A stretch of DNA of 64,000 nucleotides from Candidatus Udaeobacter sp. GTDB taxonomy: Bacteria > Patescibacteriota > Patescibacteriia > Magasanikbacterales > GWA2-37-8. Positions 51,123 to 60,548 of this stretch are shown here, in pieces. The notes beneath the pieces were generated by a model. That model did not search any database. It was not told the origin of the DNA and saw nothing but the letters and a program-made list of their open reading frames with translations. Numbering within the stretch: position 1 is the stretch's first letter; every line of letters starts with the position of its first letter. A program made the translations under genes and the position numbers. The stretch is from positions 521 through 64,520 of the forward strand of contig DATION010000006.1 of assembly GCA_035473115.1 (NCBI GenBank), read 5' to 3'.

Positions 51123-51476
51123 GTGTCTAGAAGGAGTAAAAACTTGGGCGATTGGGGAGAAGAGCAAGCCTGTAAGTTTTTAGCCAGGCATGGATTTAGA
51201 GTTATTGAACGCAACTATCATACCACCATGGGTGAAATTGATATTATCGCTGTTAAGGCCGATGATTATTATTTTATTGAAGTAAAAACCAGGAGAGGCA
51301 GTGAATTTGCCAATGACGACGCCATTACCTATTTTAAGAAATGGCGGATGAACCGAGCCGTTAAAGCTTATTGTTATACTCGAAATATTGGCGATAAATC
51401 TATTATTTTGGCCGGGTTGATTTTGGAAGTGAAGAAACTGGCAGGTAAGGTAAGCTTTCGGTTTTGCGTTATTTAA
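51123..51476 (+). CDS. yraN: YraN family (UPF0102) putative endonuclease
   Basis: LGDWGEEQA, ERNY, GEIDII, FIEVKTR. Confidence 0.9.
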   Translation: MSRRSKNLGDWGEEQACKFLARHGFRVIERNYHTTMGEIDIIAVKADDYYFIEVKTRRGSEFANDDAITYFKKWRMNRAVKAYCYTRNIGDKSIILAGLILEVKKLAGKVSFRFCVI

Positions 51477-51538
51477 CAGGGTTGACTTTTTTCGTTTATT
51501 GTATTATAGTGAAGCCAGTTAATTAAACTATTAAAAAT

Positions 51539-52141
51539 ATGGCCCATCCTTCCAAAGAAACAACTTTTGTGATGATTAAACCGGACGGCGTGCAGCGCGG
51601 CCTGGTTGGTGAGATCTTAAAACGAATTGAACGAGTTGGCTTAAAAATCGTCGCTTTAAAAATGCTTGTCCCTACCGAAGATCAATGCTGGACACATTAC
51701 AATAAAGACGAAGCTTGGTTTTTAAAAAAAGGAGAGCGAACTATCAATGATCGTCAAGCTGCCGGCTTACCGGTAGATAAACCAGCTATAGAATACGGCA
51801 AAGATATTATCCGTGCTCTAGTGAAATTTATGACTTCCGGACCGGTGGTGGCGATGGTTTTGTCTGGTAATCAATCTGTGGGAATTGTAACTAAGTTAGT
51901 TGGCGGCACTGAACCTTTGACTTCCGATGTTGGCACAATTCGCGGCGATTACACCTTGGATTCTTATGAACTTTCCAGTATAGATGAAAGAGCTGTACGC
52001 AACCTGATTCATTGCTCCGACAAGCCCGAAGAAGCGCAGCGGGAAATGAAAATTTGGTTTAAACCGGAAGAAATGATCAGCTACCGACAATTAAACGAAG
52101 AAATTTTGTACGATGTGAACTTAGATGGAATTTTGGAATAA
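51539..52141 (+). CDS. ndk: Nucleoside-diphosphate kinase (long form)
   Basis: TFVMIKPDGVQRGL, FMTSGPVVAMV, GTIRGDY, NLIHCSD; promoter TTGACT-17-TATAGT at 51482-51510. Confidence 0.95.
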   Translation: MAHPSKETTFVMIKPDGVQRGLVGEILKRIERVGLKIVALKMLVPTEDQCWTHYNKDEAWFLKKGERTINDRQAAGLPVDKPAIEYGKDIIRALVKFMTSGPVVAMVLSGNQSVGIVTKLVGGTEPLTSDVGTIRGDYTLDSYELSSIDERAVRNLIHCSDKPEEAQREMKIWFKPEEMISYRQLNEEILYDVNLDGILE

Positions 52142-52233
52142 AAAATACTTTAAAAAACAGTCCCAAATCGGGGCTGTTTTTTTGTTTGAAAACCAGGTTT
52201 ATTTGATGTACAATAGGTGTGTTATAAATCCTT

Positions 52234-53964
52234 ATGCGATCAAAAAAAGAAGAGAGTAATCAAATCCGGGTTGTTTCGGTTATCGTGTTGTTAATGGCTC
52301 TGGTAATTATTGCCAGACTTTTTGTTTTACAGGTTGTGGAACGAAAGTATTATTCAGCTTTAGCTCTGGATAAACATGAAATATACAGACAGATTTTTCC
52401 GCATCGAGGTAATATCTTTTTTCAAGACACCCGAGATAAAAAACAAGAATATCCGGCAGCGGTAAATCGTGAGTATTATCTTTTGTATGCCGTACCGCGA
52501 GATATTCCATCCGCTCAAGTTGTGTCTACGACTAATTTTTTGGCTGGTATTTTGAATTATACGCCGGAAGAAAAAGATGTTTTGCTGGCTAAACTTTCCA
52601 AGAGCAGCGATCCGTATGAACCAATAGCCAAAAAAATATCTGATGAAATTAAAAGTAAAATTGAGTCAGCTCATTTGGTCGGTATAAGTACTATTGGTCA
52701 GGAGTTTAGATATTATCCCGAAGGCAACTTGGCGGCCAATGTTTTGGGCTTCACAGCTCAAAATGAAACAGGCGCTTTATCCGGCCGTTATGGCATTGAA
52801 GGTTTTTGGGATAAAATTTTAACTGGTAAGAGCGGATTTTTGGCAGGTGAAAAGAGCGCTTTGGGAAGTTTGATACCGTTGGCTGATCGGACTTTAAAAG
52901 ATGCTGAAGATGGTTCTGATTTAGTTTTGACTATAGACAGAAATTTACAATATAAATCTTGCGAGTATCTGCGAGCCGGTTATGAAAAGTATCAAGCCAA
53001 AAGCGCGGCTTTAATTTTGATGGATCCAAAAACGGGCGCAGTTTTATCGATGTGCAGTTTGCCGGATTTTGATCCCAATAATTATTCTAATGCTCCGGAT
53101 GTATCGGTATATAATAATACCGCTGTTTTTAACGCTTATGAACCAGGGTCGGTTTTTAAGTCAATCATTATGGCAGCTGGATTGGATTTAGGACTAGTTA
53201 GTCCGTTTAGCACTTATATTGATACCGGTGAAAGAATTATTAATGGACATAAAATTCATAATGCTTTAAATAAAAAATATGGGCTGTCGACCATGACCAA
53301 TGTCTTGGAGTCATCTATTAATACCGGTATGATCTGGGTCGAGGAAAAAATGAGTCATAGCCGGTTTAAAGATTATGCGGATAAATTTGGTTTTGGCAAA
53401 AAAACCGGAGTTGGCTTGGATACTGAAGTGGCCGGAGATATTTCATCTCTTAGCAAGCCGGCTGATATTTACTATGCCAATGGTTCGTTTGGGCAGGGAT
53501 TTACAGCCACGCCTTTGCAGCTGGTTACGGCCTATGCTGCTTTGGCTAATGGCGGCGAAATGCCAAAGCCATATATTGTCGATGAAATTCGCCACCCTAA
53601 CGGACAGATTGAAAAAACTGAGCCGCAAACAGAGGTTGTAATTTCTCCAAATACTGATAAACTAATTACGGCTATGCTTATTTCCGTAATCGAACACGGC
53701 CATAGCCAGACTGAAAAATTGCCCAATTACTATATAGCCGGCAAGACCGGTACGGCGCAGATTGCTAGCCGAGGAGAATACGCGGCAGACGATACTAACC
53801 ATACGTTTATTGGTTATTTCCCGGCAACCAACCCAAAACTTGTCTTGCTCGTGAAATATGAATCTCCGCAAGCCAATTGGGCGGAATCAACGGCCGCGCC
53901 GGTATTTAAAGAAGTTGCTAAATTTTCTTTGGATTATTACGGAATTCCGGGAGATAAAAATTAG
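52234..53964 (+). CDS. ftsI: Class B penicillin-binding protein (FtsI-like)
   Basis: RGNIF, RYYPEG, LTIDRNLQ, EPGSVFK, SIN, GKTGTAQ. Confidence 0.88.
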   Translation: MRSKKEESNQIRVVSVIVLLMALVIIARLFVLQVVERKYYSALALDKHEIYRQIFPHRGNIFFQDTRDKKQEYPAAVNREYYLLYAVPRDIPSAQVVSTTNFLAGILNYTPEEKDVLLAKLSKSSDPYEPIAKKISDEIKSKIESAHLVGISTIGQEFRYYPEGNLAANVLGFTAQNETGALSGRYGIEGFWDKILTGKSGFLAGEKSALGSLIPLADRTLKDAEDGSDLVLTIDRNLQYKSCEYLRAGYEKYQAKSAALILMDPKTGAVLSMCSLPDFDPNNYSNAPDVSVYNNTAVFNAYEPGSVFKSIIMAAGLDLGLVSPFSTYIDTGERIINGHKIHNALNKKYGLSTMTNVLESSINTGMIWVEEKMSHSRFKDYADKFGFGKKTGVGLDTEVAGDISSLSKPADIYYANGSFGQGFTATPLQLVTAYAALANGGEMPKPYIVDEIRHPNGQIEKTEPQTEVVISPNTDKLITAMLISVIEHGHSQTEKLPNYYIAGKTGTAQIASRGEYAADDTNHTFIGYFPATNPKLVLLVKYESPQANWAESTAAPVFKEVAKFSLDYYGIPGDKN

Positions 53965-53984
53965 TTAATGCTGTTTCAAATCAT

Positions 53985-55283
53985 ATGCTTAAATCATTAT
54001 TACATTATTGGCTCAGATTTTTTTCTAAAAAAATATTAAATAAATACAAGCCGGACGTTGTCGGTATTACCGGTTCAATTGGCAAAACTTCTTCCAAAGA
54101 AGCCATTGCGGCCGTATTAGAAAAAAAATTTACCGTTCGTCGCAGCGTAAAAAATTATAACAATGAGATCGGTTTGCCGCTGACTATTATCGGCATAGAT
54201 AAATCTCCGGGCAGATCTATTTTTGGCTGGCTGGCCGTATTTATGAAGGCTAAGAGATTAATTTTTCAACGAGAGAAAAATTATCCGGAAATTTTAGTTT
54301 TAGAAATGGGCGCTGACAAACCAGGGGATATCGAATATTTAACCGAGTTGGCTCCGTGCAAAGTGGGCGTGCTGACTTTTATTTCCCACGCCCATACCGA
54401 GTTTTTTAAGACAATTAAAAAAATCGCTCAGGAAAAAAGAATTATAATTTCTCATCTTAAACAGGATGGATTTGCCGTTTTGAATTTTGATAATGATTTA
54501 GTAATGCAAAATGCTGGCGCCACCAAAGCGGAAACAATTACGTACGGACTCAAAGAAGGCGCTGACTTGCGAGCGACCGATATTAATATTTTAAAAGACG
54601 AGCAGACCGGCTGGCCGCTGGGGTTAAATTTTAAAGTTTTATACAAAGGCAGTGTGGTGCCGGTTTTTTTGCCGGGAGTAATTGCTAAGCCGGCAATCTC
54701 GGCCGCTTTGGCCGGTTTGGCGGTCGGCGTTATTTTTGGCATCAATTTGGTAGAGGGAGCCCAAGCTTTAAGCAGTTTGGAAGGTTTGCCTGGGCGCATG
54801 CGTTTGCTGCCGGGAATCAAGAAGACTTTGATAATCGATGACAGTTATGCTTCTAGTCCGGAGGCGGCCAAGTCATCTATAGAAACACTTGGTCAGTTTG
54901 TGGTCAAAGAGGGAGCGGAGCGTTATGTAGTTTTGGGCGATATGTTAGAGCTTGGTCCGGAAACAGAAAATGCTCATCGGGAAGTTGGCTTTAAGGTTGC
55001 CGAAATGGGTATAGATTATCTAATTACTGTTGGTGAAGCGGCCAAATATATTGCTCAAGCTGCCCAAGAAGCTGGTTTGGCGGAACATAGAATCGCTTCA
55101 TTTGCCAGCAGTGGCGAAGCCGGTAAATTTTTGCAAGAAAAACTAAAAGAAGGCGACGTGGCTCTTATCAAAGGCTCTCAAGGTTTGCGAATGGAAAGAG
55201 CAGTTAAAGAAGTTATGGCCGAACCGCTGCTGGCCGAAAAATTATTAGCTAGGCAAGATAAGATTTGGTTAAGTAAAGTTTAA
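53985..55283 (+). CDS. murF: UDP-MurNAc-tripeptide--D-Ala-D-Ala ligase
   Basis: GITGSIGKTSSK, YNNEIGLPLT, VLEMG, GRM, IIDDSY, LGDMLELG, KGS. Confidence 0.93.
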   Translation: MLKSLLHYWLRFFSKKILNKYKPDVVGITGSIGKTSSKEAIAAVLEKKFTVRRSVKNYNNEIGLPLTIIGIDKSPGRSIFGWLAVFMKAKRLIFQREKNYPEILVLEMGADKPGDIEYLTELAPCKVGVLTFISHAHTEFFKTIKKIAQEKRIIISHLKQDGFAVLNFDNDLVMQNAGATKAETITYGLKEGADLRATDINILKDEQTGWPLGLNFKVLYKGSVVPVFLPGVIAKPAISAALAGLAVGVIFGINLVEGAQALSSLEGLPGRMRLLPGIKKTLIIDDSYASSPEAAKSSIETLGQFVVKEGAERYVVLGDMLELGPETENAHREVGFKVAEMGIDYLITVGEAAKYIAQAAQEAGLAEHRIASFASSGEAGKFLQEKLKEGDVALIKGSQGLRMERAVKEVMAEPLLAEKLLARQDKIWLSKV

Positions 55284-55287
55284 TTTT

Positions 55288-56196
55288 ATGCCTGAATTGC
55301 CAGAAGTAGAAACAATCCGTCGCGATTTAGCCAAAGTTTTGATTGGTAAAAAAATTACCGCTATTGAGATTATAAACAAAAGCCCGGTTAAAGACGGTGC
55401 GGAGCGATTTAAAAAAATTTTATTGAATAAAAAAATAAAACAGATTGAACGGATCGGGAAATTAATGATGTTTGATTTGACTGATGGCCAACGCCGCAGC
55501 GAGTCCACGCCTCGCGGCGGGGGAAATTTTTTATTGGTTCATCTTAAAATGACTGGCCAGCTGATTTATCGGCATGGCCATACGGTTATCGAGGGTGGGC
55601 ATAATTTGCCGGTATTTAAAGAAAATGATTTGCCTACCAAGTATACTTGGGTAGCTTGGAAATTTAATGATGGTTCTGATCTGTATTTTAATGACATGCG
55701 CAAGTTTGGTTATTTAAAAATTGTTGATAAAAAAGCCAAAGAAAAAATTGTGGCCAAATATGGTATTGAGCCTTTGACAAAAAATTTTACTTTAACTAAC
55801 TTTAAAAAAGTTTTAGCCAAAAGAAAAACATCAATAAAATCGGTCTTATTAAATCAAGCGCTAGTAGCCGGGATCGGCAATATTTACGCGGATGAAATCT
55901 GTTTCGCAGCGGGACTACGTCCGGACAGTTCGGTAGCCAAGTTGGCAGAAGCGGAAATAAAAAAAGTGTTTATTGCCAGCAGTGCCATTATCAAAAAAGC
56001 CATTGAGCACAAAGGCACCACCTTTAAAGATTATGTGAACGCTCATGGCGGCAAAGGAAATTTTTCGGATTACCTCAAAGTTTATAAGCGAGTCGGTAAA
56101 AAATGTTTGCGCTGTAAAGAAGGCGTTATCACTAGTAAAAAGATTGCCGGTCGAACTTCGCACTATTGTCCTGTTTGTCAAAAAGTGATAAATTAG
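55288..56196 (+). CDS. mutM: Formamidopyrimidine-DNA glycosylase
   Basis: MPELPEVET, HLKMTG, D.RKFG, AGIGNIYADE, C-terminal Zn finger. Confidence 0.97.
   Translation: MPELPEVETIRRDLAKVLIGKKITAIEIINKSPVKDGAERFKKILLNKKIKQIERIGKLMMFDLTDGQRRSESTPRGGGNFLLVHLKMTGQLIYRHGHTVIEGGHNLPVFKENDLPTKYTWVAWKFNDGSDLYFNDMRKFGYLKIVDKKAKEKIVAKYGIEPLTKNFTLTNFKKVLAKRKTSIKSVLLNQALVAGIGNIYADEICFAAGLRPDSSVAKLAEAEIKKVFIASSAIIKKAIEHKGTTFKDYVNAHGGKGNFSDYLKVYKRVGKKCLRCKEGVITSKKIAGRTSHYCPVCQKVIN
55489..55524. repeat. In-frame GC-rich palindromic insertion in mutM
   Basis: caacgccgcagcgagtccacgcctcgcggcggggga encodes QRRSESTPRGGG between DLTDG and NFLLVHL. Confidence 0.65.
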
Positions 56197-56207
56197 AGAA
56201 GTGGCCA

Positions 56208-56285
56208 GAATGAATAATGATTTTTTTGTGCCAAAACCCCGCTGTGGCGGGGCGTAATTGTCACTGCAAAAATCATTATTCATTC
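56208..56285. repeat. 78-nt long hairpin / MITE-like element upstream of sod
   Basis: Perfect 18-bp inverted repeat gaatgaataatgattttt / aaaaatcattattcattc with inner ccccgc-tgtg-gcgggg. Confidence 0.75.
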
Positions 56286-56342
56286 CATTGATTATTTAGA
56301 GATAATTAAGAACATTTGATTATTTTTTAACTTATTTTGCGT

Positions 56343-56924
56343 ATGAAATTTGAATTGCCAAAATTGGAGTATAAGTATGACGCTTTGGAGCCGTATATTG
56401 ATGCCAAAACAATGGAGATACACCATAGCAAACATCATCAGGCCTATTTGGATAAATTTAACGCTGTTTTGGAAAAGAACCCGCAACTTAAACTTGATAG
56501 AGCCGAAGATATTTTGGTTCATTTAAACAATTTAGAAGTTAGCGAAGATGACAGAAAAGTTTTAAGAAATCATGGCGGCGGTTTTGTGAACCACGATTTT
56601 TTTTGGAAGTTAATGGGTCCGGAAAAAGATTTAGACAATAGTTTGATTGCCGATATAATCAAGACCTTTGGTTCGATAGAAGATTTTAAGACTAAATTTA
56701 GCGCGGCAGCGGTTGGCCAATTTGGTAGCGGCTGGGCTTGGCTGGTTCAGGATGAAAATAAAATGTTAAAAATTTACTCTTTGCCTAACCAAGATTCCCC
56801 GCTAACTTTGGGGCACCGCCCAATATTGGGTCTAGATGTTTGGGAGCATGCCTATTATCTTAAATACCAAAATAAACGAGCCGAATATATAGAAAACTGG
56901 TGGAAGGTATTGAAATCAATTTAA
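56343..56924 (+). CDS. sod: Fe/Mn superoxide dismutase
   Basis: HHSKHHQAY, NHDFFW, FGSGWAWL, NQD, DVWEHAYY. Confidence 0.96.
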   Translation: MKFELPKLEYKYDALEPYIDAKTMEIHHSKHHQAYLDKFNAVLEKNPQLKLDRAEDILVHLNNLEVSEDDRKVLRNHGGGFVNHDFFWKLMGPEKDLDNSLIADIIKTFGSIEDFKTKFSAAAVGQFGSGWAWLVQDENKMLKIYSLPNQDSPLTLGHRPILGLDVWEHAYYLKYQNKRAEYIENWWKVLKSI

Positions 56925-56981
56925 TTAGTCTCTGAAAAATTTTACTTAGTTATTAGCGATTAAATCAGCACTGTTTTATTT

Positions 56982-57416
56982 ATGAGCCAGCAAGGAAAAG
57001 AATTTTTTTTACCTTTAGAAACACCGGATGATGGCTCTGGGTTTTCTTTGTTCTCGTCTTTAAAAAATCAAGCCGGTGAACATGTGCCCGAAGGTCAGCT
57101 GGCTGTGGATGTTTCGCAGACCGAAGACGAACTTGTGGTGGTGGCGGCCATGGCTGGCACACCCGCGGAAAAAATTGAACTGCATCTCCATAATGATCTG
57201 CTTACTATTCGCGGTGAAAGAACCTCACCCGTAGAAGCGGCTGAGCATTTCTATCAGGAATGCTATTGGGGAAAATTTTCTCGAAGCATAATTTTGCCGG
57301 TAGATGTAAAAACCGAGATGGTCCAAGCACAATATAAAAATGGTGTGCTGATAATTAGACTGCCAAAAGCCAGTCAAAATAACAGCAATATCCCAATTAT
57401 GGTAATTGAAGAATAA
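56982..57416 (+). CDS. Hsp20/alpha-crystallin small heat-shock protein
   Basis: GQLAVDV, LTIRGER, ECYWGKFSRSIILP, A.YKNGVL.IRLPK. Confidence 0.93.
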   Translation: MSQQGKEFFLPLETPDDGSGFSLFSSLKNQAGEHVPEGQLAVDVSQTEDELVVVAAMAGTPAEKIELHLHNDLLTIRGERTSPVEAAEHFYQECYWGKFSRSIILPVDVKTEMVQAQYKNGVLIIRLPKASQNNSNIPIMVIEE

Positions 57417-57417
57417 T

Positions 57418-59385
57418 ATGTCTTTGGATGAATTAAAAAGTTTAAATTTAGCAGAACCTAAAACGTATCGGAAAAGGAATTTTTTGATTGGTCTGGGAAT
57501 TTTTTTGGCAGCGCTAATTTTGGCCAACGCGGGGGCTTGGGCTTATTATAATTTTTATAAAGATAAGATTATTCCCGGAGTTTATGTTGGCCAGCATTCC
57601 TTAGAAGGCATGACTTTTATTCAAGCGAAAGATTTTATCGAAAATTTTAATAATCGTTTGGCCAAAGAAAGCTTGGGTTTTAATTTTATTGTGCCGGCAA
57701 AATATGATGAATCTGGCGTGCCAAGTTCTACGGATGGTTCTAAAACCGAAAATTTTAAACTCACCACTATATCTGCCGATGATAGTTCGGTTGAGTTGGT
57801 AAAAGTAAACAGCGAAACTTCAGCTGCTAAACTGGTGGCAATTGGCAAATCCGGCGGATTTTGGCAAAAATTATGGCAACCATTATATATCCGCTTAATT
57901 TCTCCACAGCAAGTTTCGGCCGATGTAGTTGTAGAAGATCGATTTATAAGCAATCTGCAAAATTATTTATTGCCGTTTAGCGACCAGCCTCATAATGCCA
58001 ATATTAAAATAACCGGCTTAACACCTTTGGCCTATACCATAGTACCTGAGCACGAAGGAACGATGTTTGATTATGATAGATTAAAAAATGATTTGTTAAA
58101 TAATCTGGCCGGCATGTCTCTGGCGCCAATTAAAGTTTATAATAAAAATTTTAAACCAGATGTTTTTGTTCCCGATCTTGATTCGGTAATTAAAAAATTA
58201 CCTGATATTTTAAATTACGGAGATCTATCTTTAAATTATATTGATCCGCAGACAAAAGTCAGGCGCGATTGGAGTATTGGTTCGGCTATTTATCGCAGCT
58301 GGTTTGAAGTAAGGCGTGAAGATGGCAATCCGGTTTTGGCTCTTAACCGAGAAAAAGTGGCAGCTTATCTTGATGGATTAAGGCCGTTTATTGATATGCC
58401 AACCCAAGACGCAAAATTTGTGATGGAAAATAATCGGGTAAAAGAATTCCAGGCTAGCCAAACGGGCTTAAGACTCGATGCTGATAAAACTTTTGCTGAC
58501 TTAGACACTGTTTTTCGTCAGCGAAATTTTAATCCGGCCGAAGTGTCTAAGACTGTTACCGTATCAGTTGATATTGTGAAGCCAAATGTGGCTATGGCTG
58601 ATGCTAATAATTTGGGCATAATGGATGTTATGGGAGTTGGCTACTCAACATTTAAAGACAGTCATACTAATAGAATAAAAAATATTGCTAACGCGGTAAA
58701 ACGATTAAATGGAATTCTGATTCAGCCCGGAGAAGAATTTTCGGCTAATAAATACGCCGGCCCATATATTGCCGAAGAAGGTTTTTTGCCGGAGATGGTA
58801 ATAAAAGGTGATGAAATAAAACCGGAAGTGGGCGGCGGTATGTGCCAAATTGGTACGACTTTATTTAGGATGGCGATGAATTCTGGCATGCCAATTACTG
58901 AACGCAGGAATCACTCTTTGGTAGTAGGTTATTATGCCGACCCTATAAATGGCAATCCGGGCACAGATGCTACTTTATATGAACCGAGCGTTGATTTTAA
59001 GTTTAAAAATGATACCGGTGGCTATCTGCTTTTGCAAACCAATATAGACTACGCTAAACAGCAATTAACTTTTACTTTGTGGGGAAAGAGTGATGGTCGT
59101 TCCGGTTCGTACACCCATCCGGTAGTAAATAAATGGATACCGGCCGGCGACCAAAAAGATATTGTTGTTCCGCCTAATAATGAATTAAAAGCGGGGGAGA
59201 CAAAATGCCAAGGCGCGTTCCGCGGCGCAGTTACCTCATTTACTTACACCAGATTTACTTCTTCCAGCCAAAAAATTGAACAGGTCTTTGATAGTTATTA
59301 TCGGCCATTATCAAAGATTTGTATGACAGCAGCCACTACAACTTCCGGTTTAGGGATCCCTCTGGATTTAGGTGAAGGTCAGTAA
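57418..59385 (+). CDS. VanW-domain surface protein with putative peptidoglycan-binding repeats
   Basis: N-terminal TM; RIKNI, PGEEFS, GGGMCQIGTT, ERRNHS..V.YY, GTDAT, DFKFKNDT. Confidence 0.88.
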   Translation: MSLDELKSLNLAEPKTYRKRNFLIGLGIFLAALILANAGAWAYYNFYKDKIIPGVYVGQHSLEGMTFIQAKDFIENFNNRLAKESLGFNFIVPAKYDESGVPSSTDGSKTENFKLTTISADDSSVELVKVNSETSAAKLVAIGKSGGFWQKLWQPLYIRLISPQQVSADVVVEDRFISNLQNYLLPFSDQPHNANIKITGLTPLAYTIVPEHEGTMFDYDRLKNDLLNNLAGMSLAPIKVYNKNFKPDVFVPDLDSVIKKLPDILNYGDLSLNYIDPQTKVRRDWSIGSAIYRSWFEVRREDGNPVLALNREKVAAYLDGLRPFIDMPTQDAKFVMENNRVKEFQASQTGLRLDADKTFADLDTVFRQRNFNPAEVSKTVTVSVDIVKPNVAMADANNLGIMDVMGVGYSTFKDSHTNRIKNIANAVKRLNGILIQPGEEFSANKYAGPYIAEEGFLPEMVIKGDEIKPEVGGGMCQIGTTLFRMAMNSGMPITERRNHSLVVGYYADPINGNPGTDATLYEPSVDFKFKNDTGGYLLLQTNIDYAKQQLTFTLWGKSDGRSGSYTHPVVNKWIPAGDQKDIVVPPNNELKAGETKCQGAFRGAVTSFTYTRFTSSSQKIEQVFDSYYRPLSKICMTAATTTSGLGIPLDLGEGQ

Positions 59386-59676
59386 AAACAACACACCCTC
59401 CGACTTGCGTCGGAGGGTGGTTAATTTATGTTGAGGGAAGTAAACTTCCCTCCAAAACCGCACCCAAGAAGATGTGTTAAAGAAGAAAACGAGCCGAAGC
59501 CGGTTGTTCCCTCTAACACACCTCCATGCTTGTCGTGGATACGGGACGCTGATTACCTGTAGATAACCAACGTTCCATATCCATTTCATGCCTGAACTAT
59601 CTTTTCAGAGTTATTCTCTAAGTGTGTTTATTGCCCGATATTTATCTGACTTGATTTATCTGTTACTTTAGGCAAC
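59385..59676 (-). ncRNA. Candidate novel structured ncRNA (~290 nt)
   Basis: Own promoter, serial long hairpins with G-U pairs only on the minus strand, cUUCGg and GCAA tetraloops, terminator; no credible ORF. Confidence 0.6.
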
Positions 59677-59681
59677 TGCGA

Positions 59682-59710
59682 ATTGTATCATATTCCCATA
59701 AGTTTGTCAA
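59682..59710 (-). promoter_or_regulatory. Near-consensus sigma70 promoter of candidate ncRNA
   Basis: TTGACA-17nt-TACAAT with TG extension. Confidence 0.75.
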
Positions 59711-59767
59711 GGGATAAGTGGAGATACCTGGTTATTTTTGGCTAAGATAAGCTAAATTTTTTATATC

Positions 59768-59796
59768 AAAAAATCCCGCCATAAACGGGATTTTTT
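59768..59796 (-). terminator. Terminator after clpP
   Basis: aaaaaatcccg / cgggatttttt inverted repeat. Confidence 0.7.
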
Positions 59797-59813
59797 GTTT
59801 TTATTTATAAATC

Positions 59814-60416
59814 TTATTTCTTTTCAATCACTTTATCAATCAGGCCATACTTTAGCGATTCTTGCGCAGTCATGAAATTATCCCGGTCAGTATCTTTTTC
59901 TATCTGGGCTAAAGGTTTGCCCGTATGCTTGGCCATAATTTGATTAAGCCGTTCTTTGATCTTTAAAATACGTTCAGCACGGATTTTGATATCGCTGGCT
60001 TGGCCTTCCATACCGCCCATTACTTGGTGAATCATAATTTCGGAATTAGGCAAGGCAAAGCGTTTGCCTTTAGCGCCGGCTGATAAAAGAAAGGCGCCCA
60101 TGCTTGCTGCCATGCCGACACAGATAGTGCTGACATCAGGCTTGATGTGTTGCATAGTGTCGTAGATAGCCAAACCGGCTGTTACTGATCCGCCAGGGGA
60201 ATTGATATATAATTTGATATCTTTTTCCGGGTTTTGGTTTTCCAAAAATAACATTTGGGCAATAATGACATTGGCGACATTGTCGTCGACAGCTGTGCCC
60301 AAAAATATGATTCGGTCTTGGAGCAGGCGAGAGTAGATATCATAAGCACGTTCGCCATAGCTGGTTTTTTCGATGACAGTGGGAATAAGGTATTGGGAGG
60401 TGATTTTGTCTGACAT
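59814..60416 (-). CDS. clpP: ATP-dependent Clp protease proteolytic subunit
   Basis: [21 protein letters not shown] (Ser), MIHQ (His), DRDNFM (Asp). Confidence 0.98.
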   Translation of the reverse strand: MSDKITSQYLIPTVIEKTSYGERAYDIYSRLLQDRIIFLGTAVDDNVANVIIAQMLFLENQNPEKDIKLYINSPGGSVTAGLAIYDTMQHIKPDVSTICVGMAASMGAFLLSAGAKGKRFALPNSEIMIHQVMGGMEGQASDIKIRAERILKIKERLNQIMAKHTGKPLAQIEKDTDRDNFMTAQESLKYGLIDKVIEKK

Positions 60417-60447
60417 ATTGAATTATAGTTTTAATTAATTTTTTAGT

Positions 60448-60533
60448 TGTCATCCCGAGTGAGGCCGTAGCCGACGAGGGATCTATGTTGTTTGAATAGA
60501 TTCCTCACCTCATGCTGAGGATTCGGAATGACA
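60448..60533 (-). repeat. TGTC-ended palindromic REP-like repeat, copy 3 (5' of clpP)
   Basis: Minus strand tgtcattccgaatcc..tgaggaatctat..atagatccctcgtc..ctcgggatgaca. Confidence 0.85.
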
Positions 60534-60548
60534 AAACAATCGTAGCAC

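Noticed and set aside
56228-56265. c-di-GMP-I (GEMM) or Mn riboswitch upstream of sod
   Set aside because: CAAAACC..GGGGCGTAA loosely recalls GEMM, but the GNRA loop, tetraloop receptor and second stem are absent; no yybP-ykoY consensus
59368-59589. 73-aa minus-strand ORF
   Set aside because: No SD or -1 T, reads through its own terminator into the vanW stop, and lies wholly within paired stems; short ORFs in the other frames also lack a usable start context
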